64,000 nucleotides of DNA, taken from positions 3,286,001 to 3,350,000 of the forward strand of contig NC_043016.1 of assembly GCF_006345805.1 (NCBI RefSeq), written 5' to 3'. This DNA comes from Octopus sinensis. Taxonomy: Eukaryota. The position numbers and the translations under genes are program-made. Under the pieces are notes generated by a model, which saw only the letters and a program-made list of their open reading frames with translations, did not search any database and was not told the DNA's origin. Below are positions 52,057-64,000 of the stretch, in pieces; position 1 is the first letter of the stretch, and every line of letters starts with the position of its first letter.

Positions 52057-53300
52057 GTGGGTATGCTTTTCTCTTGTTAATTTTAGTTTGAACCCTGAAT
52101 TTGCACTCTGATGTGACTCTGCCTTTCATCATAACAAAATTCTTAAAAAAGAACGTCGTTTCACCGCTTTTAGTTGAGTTGACTAAATTTTTAGTTTCAG
52201 TTAGAAATTGTTGTTGCTAATGTGGTTACCATTATTTTCATCATCATCACCACCATGACCATCATCGTCGTCATTGCCATCATAATCATTGTCATCATCT
52301 CATCATCAATGTCATGTATAAGGCACTGCTGTACCTTTTAGTTGTTTTAGTCATTGGACTGCAGCCATGCTGGGGCAAAACCTTGAAGTTTTTAGTTGAA
52401 CAAATTGATCCCAGGAGAGATTTTTAAAGCCTGGTACTTATTCTATCAGTCTCTTTTGCCAAACTGCGATGTTACAGGAACATAAACAAACCAACTCTAG
52501 TTGTCAAGTGACAGTAGGAGAAAATACAGACACAAAGACACACACACGTCAGGCTTCCACACAGTTTCTGTCAACTAAATTCACTTACAAGGCATTGTTA
52601 TTCTCACATGTATACTAAAAGGCACATGTCCTGGGTACCATGCAGAGGAACTGAACATGAAACCGTATGGTTGCTAAGCAAGCTTCTTGACCACACAGCC
52701 ATACCTATGCCTAAAATGTTTGTAATTTATCCTGCTAATGTCTTCTACTCATTGCTCCTGTTGTAACCAAAGTAGATTATTATTATTATTATTATTAAAG
52801 CAATGAGCTGGCAAAATTGCTAACGCAGCAGAATTGTTAACAAGGTGGCGAGCTGGCAGAAACGTTAGCATGCTGGGCAAAATGCTTAGTGATATTTCAT
52901 CTGCTACTACGCTCTGAGTTCAAATTCCGCTGAGGTCAACTTTGCCTTTCATCCTTTCGGGGTTGATCAAATAAGTACCAGTTACGCACAGGGGTCGATA
53001 TAATCGACTTAATCCATTTGTCTGTCTTTGTTTGTCCCCTCTGTGTGTAACCCCTTATAGGCAGTAAAGAAATAAGAATTGTTAATACACTGGACAAAAT
53101 GCTTAGTGGTATTTCACCCATTGCTACATTCTGAGTTAAAATTTTGCCAAGATTGACTTTGTCCTTCATCCTTTTTGTGGTTGATAAATTAAGTACCAAT
53201 GAAACACTGGAGTTGATGTAATTGACCCATCCCTCACCCAAAATAACTGCCCTTGTGTCAAAATTTGAAACCATTATTATTATCATTATCATTATCATCA

Positions 53301-53353
<53 letters not shown>

Positions 53354-55454
53354 TCTGCCTTCGTGAAGGCAGAAGTATTGTTTTCAGTCGTGTTTGTTTG
53401 TTTGTCCATGGACAAGATATCTCAAGAACCACTGGATGGATTCAGATGAAACTCTCAGAGATGTTTGGCCTTAAGACTGGCATGAACTAATTAGATTTTG
53501 GATCGATCCATTACTGGACAAGGACTCTGGATTATTTTTCCCGTTTTTTTACTAATATTCTCTCTTGTGAGAGCAGTTGAGTTTATTTCAAATATTCTCA
53601 TTTTAAAAATCATCTCTGGCTAATCATTGAGAGGACATTGGTGTTGCCTTGGCAGCAGCAGCAGTAGCAGTGGTAGCAACAGCAGCTGTGGTAGGGTGGC
53701 AAGATGGCAGAATCATTTGCAGTTAGTATTCCAGGCGAAATGCTTGGAGGAATTTTATCCATTTATATGTTCAATCTTTCCAGGATGGATAAAATAAGTT
53801 CCAGTCAAAAACTGGGGGTTGATATATTCAACTTTTCCACTTTTCTCAAAATTTAAGGCCTTGTACCAAAATTTGAAACCATTATTATTGGCCAATTCAG
53901 TGTATTGGTGGACAAAGTGTTTGTCTGAAATGAAACAAGAATAAATTTTTGTTTTGTTTCAAGAGACAGAGCATCCAAATTACGAATGATTTTTATTTTG
54001 ACCTCAAGGGCCAAACACAGAGGTGATAATACAAAATGAAATGCGGGGACTGGGTGAGTGAATGGTATTTACATTTTATGGAAATATATCAAATGAGAGG
54101 GTGAACAAGACACAGTACAAATAGAGTAGGGGGATGGTTATGACCCTGCAAAACGTGTATCTCCACTGAAACCATTTTTGTTAACCTTTTATGGACACAC
54201 TCATGTAGGACCTTGCATCCCCAACAAGCATACCACTTGCTGCCATCTTTTCTCATATGTATCCGATGACAGGTATCTCCTTTCTATGTCTTACATAAGT
54301 ATTCCATGTGGAATGTTTATTTGTTGAACAATCTGCTATAATAAAACTCTTGTGTTTTTCTCCGTCACAACATATGAAAGAGAAAGGAAGGGGTGATAGA
54401 TGAATAAGGAAGGAAGGGGTGATGGCAAACTGGAAGTGTGAGCATTTCTACACTGTGTGAGTATATATGTGTGCATGTAAAAGGAAGGTATATGAATGTG
54501 TGTGTGTGTGTGCAATAGAAGTGGGATGGTGAACATTCAACACTGAAAAGAAAAAATCAAACAGCGTTTCAACTCTGTGTGAGTGTATGTGTGTATGTAT
54601 GAGCGTGTACAAGGGAAGTATGTGAATGTTTGTATGTGAACCAGTGTTCTTTCAGTAACAAATGATGATTGATGTCACATCTCAAATGACAACCACTAGA
54701 TAACATTGACAGGTGTATTAATTTGAATTACCATCCATGTTTATATATAAAATGCTACAATTAGCCGTCATTTTTGATGGCACGGTGCCAGCTAGTATTA
54801 AAATAATAAATGAGCTCCCCCACCCCACACACGCACTACCTTTTTTTATGTTCCTCTTGATTTCTTACACACCTGATAGTCTTTGGAACACCTGAGCAAT
54901 CTAGACATATTTATTTGAATGCTGTTGCAAACAGCTCAAAGGATTGCATTTGTGTAAGGATAGACGACAACGTAATGTGACGTTGTGCCATTTCTGAATA
55001 TCAACACTGGACGGGCAACGGTTGTGTGGCTGTATGTGTAATATCAAAATGGCTGCTAACTAAAATCATACCACTTGTTTCATACCAGTTTTCTCATACG
55101 CTCAATCTGTTTGTGAAAAAACAACGCACTCAAAAACACACACACACTCTCTCTCTTTCTCCCCCCTCTTTCTCTCTCTTTCTCTCTCTCCCTCTCTCTC
55201 AACCACAAACATACACCAGCACATGCAGAGCACCAGTTTGTTTCATCTCATTGATGCTGTGCATGAAAAAACATTACATAGGTGCAGGCGTGGCTGTGTG
55301 GTAAGAAACTTGCTTCCCAGCCACATGGTTCTGGGTTCATCCCCATTGTGGCATCTTGGGAAAATGTCTTCTGCTATAGCCTCAGGCCATTCAAAAAGCC
55401 TTGTGAGTGGATTTGGCAGATGAAAACTGAAAGAAGCCCATTGTATGTGTGTGT

Positions 55455-55503
<49 letters not shown>

Positions 55504-56353
55504 CCAACTGCACCACTTCACAACAAGTGTTGGTTTGTTTATCTCACAGAAATTTAGCTTTAGTACATAGTGTGGATTTGTTCAACGAATGCCCTTCAAG
55601 ATGGTGCTCCAGTATGACCATAGTAGTCCAAACACTGAAATAAATAAAAGTTAAATCCTAATATGTTCATGTATATATGCGTGAATAGACAGACAGACAA
55701 ATAGGTGCAGGCATAGCTGTGTGGTAAGAAGTTTGGTTCCCAACCACTTGGTTCTGGGTTCAGTGCCACTGCATGGCACCTTTGGATAAATTCTAAAACT
55801 GAAAGAAGCCCTTGAAGAATTTTAGTCTACTGAACTGACAGCAGCACCATTTTTAAAGCCTGATATCTATTCTATCATTCTGTTTTGTCAGGTTGCTTAG
55901 TTACAGGGATCAAAAACATACCGATGCAAGTTGTAAAGCAGTGGTGGGGACGAATACAGACATAAGGACACACACACACACATTTTAGTATACACAAGTA
56001 AAGACAAGCGCTACAAATAGTTACATATTGGGATAGTCTTTCCTGTCAGTTTCAATGTATGAGTGTTTGACGGAGAGGATTTACAAAAAAAAAAAAGAAA
56101 AGAAAAGAAAGAAAGGAAAAAGCAGCTTTAAAAATAAAAGAAGCTGTGGATACATGAATGGAATTTGAGTCCAGGTATGGATTTTGCTATGAAGTCACAA
56201 TGGATGTTTTTGGTTTTGTCTGGGATTGTGTCTGTTGATTGCAGGATATAATTCTTTTCATTGTTCTAGTACAGAGACGACAGGGTAACACCATAGTAGG
56301 ATGGTGAGGGGGAGGGGTGCTATACTAAGAGAAGTAAAGCTAAGTTAGGAGGC

Positions 56354-56824
56354 ATGAACAGGTTGAAGAAAGACATGGTACTCGAGAAGTTAGCAAATAG
56401 CAATGTGGGAAACCAAAAGCTAAGAATGAAATTTTTGTCCAGTAATTCCAAAATTAAGAATTCCATTTACCAGTGTAGAATTTCTTCCGGTACCGATGTC
56501 TTCTTCTATATAGGTGTGACAACTTTTCAGTTATCCAAGAGAATTTCCAATCATTATTCGACTTTCCGAGATAAGAAAAAACGACATGGTACAGGACTGA
56601 GTAAATTAGTTTGGCGTCTTAAAGACAATAACATGACTTTCAAGTTGGATTGGTTTATATTGTCTGTATCCTTTCCTTTTGATAAGGGCAGAAAATTTTG
56701 TAACATTTGTAATTCTGAACTCTTCTATATCCTTTTCGCCAAGGTTCCCCTAGTAAACACACTCATAGAAAAATCGTATAAATGTAAGCATTGGCAAAAA
56801 CACACTTACCACTCATATAAATGA
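56354..56824 (+). CDS. Second intact PLE GIY-YIG endonuclease ORF (5'-truncated element running to ~57476)
   Basis: NSIYQC..FYIG..KRISNH..CNICNSEL..VN..CKH; gap-free alignment to the 11819 ORF, 71/126 identical by hand count. Confidence 0.85.
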   Translation: MNRLKKDMVLEKLANSNVGNQKLRMKFLSSNSKIKNSIYQCRISSGTDVFFYIGVTTFQLSKRISNHYSTFRDKKKRHGTGLSKLVWRLKDNNMTFKLDWFILSVSFPFDKGRKFCNICNSELFYILFAKVPLVNTLIEKSYKCKHWQKHTYHSYK

Positions 56825-57340
56825 TATAGATAACCACTGTAGTTTTAACAATTAGCTTCACGTCCACACCACTGCCATAGACAAATTCTTTCCTATGCTT
56901 TCGAACTTTCTTTCTGCTCTGTTATATGTTCCATTGCTACTAAATATCTTTGACGTATGTTTATATTTATATATATATATATATAACACACACAATCAAA
57001 CACACAGACACAAATTTTACACCTTACTACTAAGTATACTTGACGTTTGTCTCCCTCACACACACAATAACACATACACACACAGAGACACAAATGCAGT
57101 TATATACACACACTCATACACATACACAAACACTCGCACTCATTAACACAAGCACACACCCGCACATCCCCATACATACGGCATACATATTGTCCCCTAC
57201 CTATTTTTACTACTTCCTCCTTCTACCCATTTTTGACGTCATTGCTTATGACGGATTATTTTAAAAAAACACTCATTGTCACTGTGGTCATCATGTAGGC
57301 AATCATCAAAAATTCTGTTCGTCTTCTGACTGAAAGCGGC

Positions 57341-57437
57341 TCCTTATCTTTCCTGATGAGAAGATGGCATAATGCACCATTTATTCCTTCGGAATTAAAA
57401 GTATGCCGTCTTCGAAACATGTGTCGAGAGTAAAGGA
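57341..57437 (+). ncRNA. Type I hammerhead ribozyme, fully canonical
   Basis: Stem I CTTTC/GAGAG plus extension; CTGATGA 57353-57359; 12-bp stem II GAAGATGGCATA/TATGCCGTCTTC; GAAA; stem III ACA/TGT; GUC cleavage after 57425. Confidence 0.9.
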
Positions 57438-57472
57438 ATTTTGTTAAAATCTTCGTTCGACTCCATTCTTCC

Positions 57473-57512
<40 letters not shown>

Positions 57513-57649
57513 CGGAGATGTACCTGCATAGCAAGTGACCTGATCTGAGATCGTGTGCTGGAACGAAAACAATTGCAGCATGGAAGGTGTTTATAAGCCA
57601 TTTAAGAAACACACAAAAACGTTAGATTCACTTCAACATTTAAATTTAA

Positions 57650-57700
57650 TTTGTCAAAATATTTTCGTCGCTTTGAGACCGCGACCTCTTCACTGACAAA
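57650..57700 (-). ncRNA. Hammerhead-like variant (C3>G, extra nucleotide after the core)
   Basis: Minus strand TTTGTCA-GTGAAGA-G-GTCGC..GCGAC-GAAA-ATAT-T-T-TGACAAA. Confidence 0.5.
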
Positions 57701-57705
57701 ATTCC

Positions 57706-58574
57706 AAAAGTAAGTAGGCATTAAAAATTGGTGCTAAAATCCATATTCCTTTTACAAATTTATTGAAACAAATGATACATGTTCTTTATTACATGGGAAA
57801 ATGAAAGTGAATCTTCATATGTCAATGTAAGCAGCCGTGGCGTCAACCAGTTTCCCCAAACGGTCCGAAATAGAACGAACAACCTTCTCAAGGACGTCGT
57901 CTGGGATATCACTGAGAGTCTCCTGAATCCGTGTCTCCAAGTCCTCCAGTGTGCGAGGTTTTGTCTTGTACACCTATTTTTATGTAATCCCACAGATAAA
58001 AATCACATGGAGTGAAATCTGGACTTATTGGAGTTGTAGACTTCTGAACTTCTGCGGTTACAGTCTTCAGACTTTTTATCTTGCGCATAATGGGGCTTCC
58101 ACGGACGAAAATTCGATTCTTTATGCAACACCGTACGTATTGTGTGTCTTGTTAGTTCAATTTCAAGAGCTGCTTGATGTGTTGATTTTTGCGGGCTGCA
58201 TTTAAACATATCTCGCACTGTTGTCATGTTCTCCACTGATTGGGATGTGGTTGGACTGCCACTTTCTCTTGCATCGCTCACAGAGGCCTCGTGGTCATCA
58301 GCTTTGCATGAGAACTTTTTATTCTTTCCAGACGAAGTGTTGCATGCCACCATCTCTGAACCAAAACATACTTCATAGCATGCTGCTATCTTAGCTCGCC
58401 CCTGAACAGTCAAGCGACCGGTCATCTGGAAAATAAGAAATAAGATATAAGACAAAAAGAAAATAAGAAATCTCCATTAGTGTTGTCTGTTTAAAAATGC
58501 TTTCGTCATGATTTCAGTGATACTAAAAATTCTATAAGCAATTTCTAATGCCTAGTTACTTTCCACTCACCCTG
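57706..58574 (-). mobile_element. Internally deleted Tc1/mariner-superfamily (maT-like) transposon
   Basis: TA-CAGGGTG terminus at 58574, partial matching TIR at 57706; SPQKSTHQAA HTH region and SPDFTPCDFYLW motif. Confidence 0.7.
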
Positions 58575-58611
<37 letters not shown>

Positions 58612-58655
58612 TAATGATGTATTATTTATTAATTTATCTTCTTTTTCTCCTTCAG

Positions 58656-58694
58656 GCTGAATACATATTCAAAAATAATCCACAGGTGGATTAA
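58656..58694 (+). CDS. AK7: AK7 terminal coding exon (AEYIFKNNPQVD*)
   Basis: Strong pyrimidine tract plus CAG; matches recalled AK7 AEYLFKNNP end; TAA stop. Confidence 0.92.
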   Translation, partial: AEYIFKNNPQVD

Positions 58695-58828
58695 TAGTGA
58701 TTAACGTCTTACCACCATTGAAAAGCCAAGTTTCCGTTCTGAAATTTTCTGCAAGAAACTTACTGGCTTTGTTTGTACACGTTTTTTCCTTCTTTTTTTA
58801 CTACATTAACAGGTATTCACTTATAATC

Positions 58829-58834
58829 AATAAA
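58829..58834 (+). promoter_or_regulatory. Candidate AK7 polyadenylation signal AATAAA
   Basis: 135 nt after the stop, followed by GT-rich sequence. Confidence 0.5.
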
Positions 58835-60180
58835 TAATATAAAACCGTGACATATGTTCTTGTTGTTGCCATAAATGTTTCTCTTCGTATAAAAGGCGTT
58901 GCAGTCATAAACATTCAAGACACGCATGACTGAATAATTCTGGACGTAATCCAGCAGGTCGTTGCCCAACATCCATGGCCGATGATAGGCACGGAAACAA
59001 ACTGAAGATAACAAGTTTGGTTCTTTTACCAGTCCTCCCTCCTTCTCTGATTGTCCAATGTTGGCGCTGGAGCATTACTGTGTCGGAATCTGAAAAATAC
59101 TATTATCCTGTTCAGCTTCTTGTTTGCCATCATTCGTAAATACAGCACCAAGATATTTAAACTTCCCAAGTTGCTTCAATGATGTTGCAAGAAGCCTCCA
59201 ACCGATCCTTATCCGCATGACAATATCAATGAAACTATGCTAAGTCAACTAATTTTGACATAATATAAACCAAAGTAATTTAGAAAGGAGTCTTGCATTA
59301 CAGATTTCATGAGTGAAATGCTTAAATTCTGTCTTTGGCTTTCCTATGATATTGACCAGCGTCACTCTTTCTCTATTTCCCTGGTAATTTTGCTACTAGA
59401 AACCGAAAAGGTTCACAAATTATCCCAGAGTATTTCTCGGCTAAAGGTCATACCAAAATGATAAGACTAGCAAAGCACAAAGCGCCGTTCTTTGCTCAAC
59501 TAACTGCCATACAGAAGTAACAAGTTATGAAAAACCAACCACTTGAAAATAATTATCGAATTGTATCATTCACCACCCAACAAAACATAGTTCAATGAGG
59601 TGGACGTAATTCTGGATATTAGCCATAAGTTGTTTCGGAACTTGGCTAGGCGACAAAACTTTAAAAAGTTAATTAGATACACATACGCAGTGAAATTTAC
59701 TTGTTGACTAAAACGAAATTTCTGAATCATCAAAGATGATATTGTTTTAGGCAAACTAACAAATAGCGTGAACGCTAATGCAGGATAATCCATTTTTATT
59801 TTTGAAACGTCAGGAGTCTGAAGCGAGTGTGCAGGTCGCATATTCATCACTGAAGAAGAAATTTAGAAGTTTTTCATTGAATTTTTTTCAGGAGCTAAAC
59901 CTTGATAACATTGTTGGAGAGCGGTTTCCACTTTGCAGGAAATATGAAAGATGTTCAAAGAGTTTTTGCTATAAGGATAATGGGAAGTTCTCTATTTGTC
60001 CTTAATGTCCATTGTTACCACCCATTCTCAAGTTACAATGACAAATACTGAATTACTCAGATCCTCTTCCGACTTACTAAACGCCAATCCTAAATGATGT
60101 ACTCTTATCAAAAGCATCACAGTAGGAGGAGAGCAAACCCCACTTCTCTCCAAATACATACACACACACATTAATAACAA

Positions 60181-60207
60181 CTAGCTGGACCCGTGAAAAG
60201 TTCACGG
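60181..60207 (-). mobile_element. Helitron-like 3' terminus
   Basis: Minus strand hairpin CCGTGAA-CTT-TTCACGG, 6 nt, then CTAG followed by T. Confidence 0.5.
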
Positions 60208-60679
60208 AAAATATGAAAAATGTAAACGCGTGTAAATCGTGTGCCGGTGCCATAAGAAATGTTTCTATGTTGTGTGACAGTTACAGAATATAGAAAGAAG
60301 GGTAAAACCGATAACTATATAATCCAACCAAAATATCTCAGTTACACAAACGTAAACAGAATTACTATTTAACCTTAGAATGCATCGTACATATTCAAAG
60401 AAACTTCTTGGTTTAGGGGCACGGAATGTTCTTCTGGTATTCTTTTATTCTTTTACTTGTTTCAGTCATTTGACGGTGGCCATGCTGGAGCACCGCATTT
60501 TAGTCGAAGAAATCGACCCCTGGTCTTAATCCCTGTAAGCCTGGTTGCTTATTCTATCAGTCTCTTCTGCCGAACAGCTAAGTTACGAGGACGCAAACAC
60601 ACCAACATCGGTTGTAAAACAATGGTGGGTGGGGTGGCAAACACATACACACGTAAAAATATTATATATATATATATTC

Positions 60680-63531
60680 AAGTAAAGGTAATAAACCTCA
60701 TTAAGAGATAATAAATCCAATGAAAATACTGGTTAGTTACCAATTTATAGAGGTGATCAACTATAAGGTAACCATATAAACCGTGGTTCAACTCAACACC
60801 CCTAATCATACCCCGCAAATTACGAATAAAACCCAGGTAATTAAGATAATCAATCTCTCAAATAAAGAACTTACACCTAACGAAATAAGCATTCTTTCCA
60901 AAGGACTTAAATTTACCCCAACCCCACAACGCTTAAATTACTATGAAACGAAAGACGATATTTCGGAATTTTGTAGGAAATTAAGACTTGCCGAGGAATA
61001 TCACATCAAGCAAATGGATGACGAATCAATAGCTAGAAACAACATGACTACATCCCCACCAAGGGAAAGAATAAAGCCTTAGATCGCTATTGTGACTACA
61101 TAACTAATTTCCCTTTTCAATTCACCAATGAGCAAAATACAGACCAAACTTCAACAAAAGAGAATGGAACGACCTCATCAAACTAAGAGAAGGTAAAACC
61201 ATAACAATCAAGTTGGTAGATGGGGGCAACGCGGTAATATTAATGAACACAAATGATTATAAAATTTAGTACTATCCCTATTAGGAGATGAGACATACTA
61301 GCTAGGGGTCTAACATTATAATCAACCAAAAATAATGAATATCCTCAGGACATTAATCAACACATACCGAGAAGGACTCACGGACAAGGAGTACGATTAC
61401 ATTACTAACTTTAAGTGCAAATCAAATTTGTTCTACAGTATCCCTAAAGTCCACAAAAGCCAAATAATTAGTGAAACATGCAAAAAATCTATTGACATAC
61501 TCATCAAAATCCCTTCACCAAATGATCTTAAACTTAGACCGATAATAGCAGGCCCAGCATGTGAAACTCACCACCTCAGCAACTTCTGAAACCTTTCCTT
61601 AAGCACATCAAAAGCTATGTAAGAGACGATATAGACATGCCTCCCCAAAACAGTCAACGAGAAAACCCTACTAGTATCCTTCGACGTAATTAAGCTTTAT
61701 TCAAACATCCCCCCACACCCTAGGAATAGAAGCGATTACTTTCTGGCTAAACAATTACTCCTTTGAACTTCCAACTCGCATAAATAAAGATTTATTTCAG
61801 AAAACAATTACTTTATTTTAAAATAATGACTACTACAGACAAAGATCGGGATCAACGAATGGTACACGTACTGCGCCTTCTTTTGCCAACCTAGTAATGA
61901 GATAGCTCGAAATAATACTTTACCAGAAAACACTTGAGACATGGAAACACTTTCTCCACCTATATCCAGAACAACTGGAAAAGATATCTCGACGACTGCT
62001 TCATCCTCTGAGATGAAAGTATAGAAAAACTTGAGGAATTTAAAATACTACTAAATGGAATTAATGAAAACATTCAATTCACGATAGAACATAACCAAGA
62101 AAAACTACCATTTCTAGACATCCTCATTAAGAAAGTCAGCAACAAAATAGAGACAGATATCTATTATAAACCGACAGACTCAAAGCAGTATCTACCATTT
62201 GACTCATGCCACCCAAGACACACTAGAATAAATGTCCCTTTCTGTTTAGCCAGAAGGATTTGTACCATAATATCAGACACAAACACCCGACACACACGTC
62301 TCCAGGAACTCAAAACTACACTCATAAATAGAAATTATTCACAACCCCTAATAGACAATGCAATTCAACGAGCACTTAAATTAAATATAGAAGACCTGAG
62401 ACAACTAAAACCAAAAAAGAAAAATTAAAAACCCTAACCCTACATCTCTACACACAACCCACTTAACAATGAGGCCTTCAACACCTTACGCCAAAGCACA
62501 GACCCAAAGATGAACCGAATCCTTCAAACGTACACCATCATAAAAAGTAAACAGCAACCAAAATCCTTATAAAAGATTTTAACACAAGCTAAACTGCATC
62601 CAATAACAACCACAAAATCAACAGTTAAAAATGTAGAAAGCCCAACTGCGGAATCTTAGTAGAAGGTTCGGAATACACATTAGAACAAAGCCATCATTTT
62701 ACCATCAGAACAAACTTAATTTGTGCATCGGAAAACTTAATTTACGTGTTAACATGTGCAGGGTGCAATAAGCAATATATTGGCCATACAAAAAACAGCC
62801 TAAGGATGGCAGTACATAAATCCCAAATCCTGAATACAAGAAAATACCTGTCAGCGGCCACATAGACAGATGTGCTTCAAATAAAAATCCCAAATTCACA
62901 ATTTTCCCACTTTACCAATTCAGTAACAACGAAACTTTCACTCAACGTCATAATAAAGAACTCTATTTTATTAGAAAATTCGGACCAAGTTTAAACACCC
63001 TGGGCCAGGAACATTAAAACCATATAGTGGTCTTCTGAAAAGAAACATGGAATTATCTAACTACCACTACCACCACGATCACTACTACTACTACTACTAC
63101 TACTACTACAACCACCATGGTCACTACTATTACTACTACTATCAACAGTCTTCCACTGCTGCTGATAACGGTCACTTCTACTGCTGTTGCTGATGCTGCT
63201 ACTACTTCAGCCAATGAATTGTTACTACAACTCCAACAACCACCATCATGACACTACTACTACGACCAACAGTCACTGCTATTACTGCTACTTCGGCCGC
63301 TAGTCATTTTCACAATTACAGTCAACGCACAAGACAGCCTTTATGCTCCCCCCCCCATAAAACACCACCACTTGGACTCTGTTGAGACTAGTAAGAAACA
63401 ATTATGAAATTTTTTATTACACTTAACTTTTAGAATATTTTTGATAAGGTTCGTTTTTTCAAGAAGAACCGAAACATGTAAAATCTCTAAGAAAATTAAA
63501 ATTTATCTTATATAATGGCGTTTTCAAACTT

Positions 63532-63535
<4 letters not shown>
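60680..63535 (+). mobile_element. Decayed near-full-length Penelope-like retroelement (RT plus GIY-YIG) between (TA)n tracts
   Basis: INLS..LSKGLKFTP, FYSIPKVHK, LRPIIAG, SFDV, GTRTAPSFANL, WKRYLDD, LPFLDI, YYKPT, SCHP, NLIYVLTCAGCNKQYIG; many stops and frameshifts. Confidence 0.88.
63437..63484 (+). ncRNA. Degenerate hammerhead in the 3' end of the RT-encoding PLE
   Basis: ATTT-TTGATAA-GGTTC..GAACC-GAAA-CATG-TA-AAAT; all stems intact, two core substitutions. Confidence 0.65.
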
Positions 63536-63572
<37 letters not shown>

Positions 63573-63580
63573 AATAAAGA

Positions 63581-63666
63581 TCTCTGACAGCTGTTTCGAT
63601 TCAGTAATTTTTCGATAATTAATTAATAAAATTAAGATCATTATAAGATGAATCTCTTCAGAAGTA
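63581..63666 (-). ncRNA. Type I hammerhead motif facing the same (TA)n from the other side
   Basis: Minus strand CTGAAGA-GATTCA..TGAATC-GAAA-CAGCTG-TC; canonical core, weak stem I. Confidence 0.65.
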
Positions 63667-64000
63667 GTAAAGAAATAGCGGTTAGAAATACACATGTTGA
63701 GATAACAGATATGAAACCGTTAACTAATATAGCCTTTATACAAATAGAGCCGGTTATGGAAGGCCCCAATCCAACATAGAGGGAGAAGGTAGTGTATATT
63801 TCATGTCTTTAAGAAATAAAGAAAAGAAGAGATTAATACAATTTTATAGGGTATTGAGAAGGAGAAAAAGAAAAACGCATGTATATATATAAATATATAA
63901 TAATGCCATATAAAATCATACTAATACCCTATGGAGGCGCATGGCTCAGTGGTTAGAGCGTCGAGCTTACGATCGTGAGGTTGTGAGCTCGAATCCCGGA

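Noticed and set aside
63932-64000. tRNA gene
   Set aside because: Matches the head of the SINE family at 19705 and 27310; not distinguishable as a true tRNA.

Overview
Repeat-rich eukaryotic DNA, very likely from an octopus or other coleoid cephalopod. This is inferred from the SINE families and dense CA/TA/TAA microsatellites, not verified by search. The only host gene found is the 3' part of adenylate kinase 7 (AK7-like, + strand): 13 phase-consistent exons from 17309 to the stop at 58694, encoding the end of the NAD-binding-like region, the P-loop kinase, a coiled coil and a Dpy-30-like tail. Its 5' exons were not found in the window. Introns and flanks carry DNA transposon relics (mariner, Chapaev3-like with TIRs and TSD, a Tc1/mariner maT-like element, a MITE, Helitron/Helentron-like pieces), R4/Dong-like LINEs in (TAA)n, RTE fragments and many tRNA-derived SINEs. 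The most striking feature is a dense set of Penelope-like element (PLE) derivatives, mostly beside (TA)n tracts. They include about a dozen intact or degenerate type I hammerhead ribozyme (HHR) motifs, two intact GIY-YIG ORFs and one decayed RT+GIY-YIG element. They also include four fold-back inserts with a one-sided tail, three of which turn around inside or next to a hammerhead motif, and a tRNA-headed SINE with a minimal hammerhead and PLE-like inverted ends. All structures were read by eye; no folding or database search was run.
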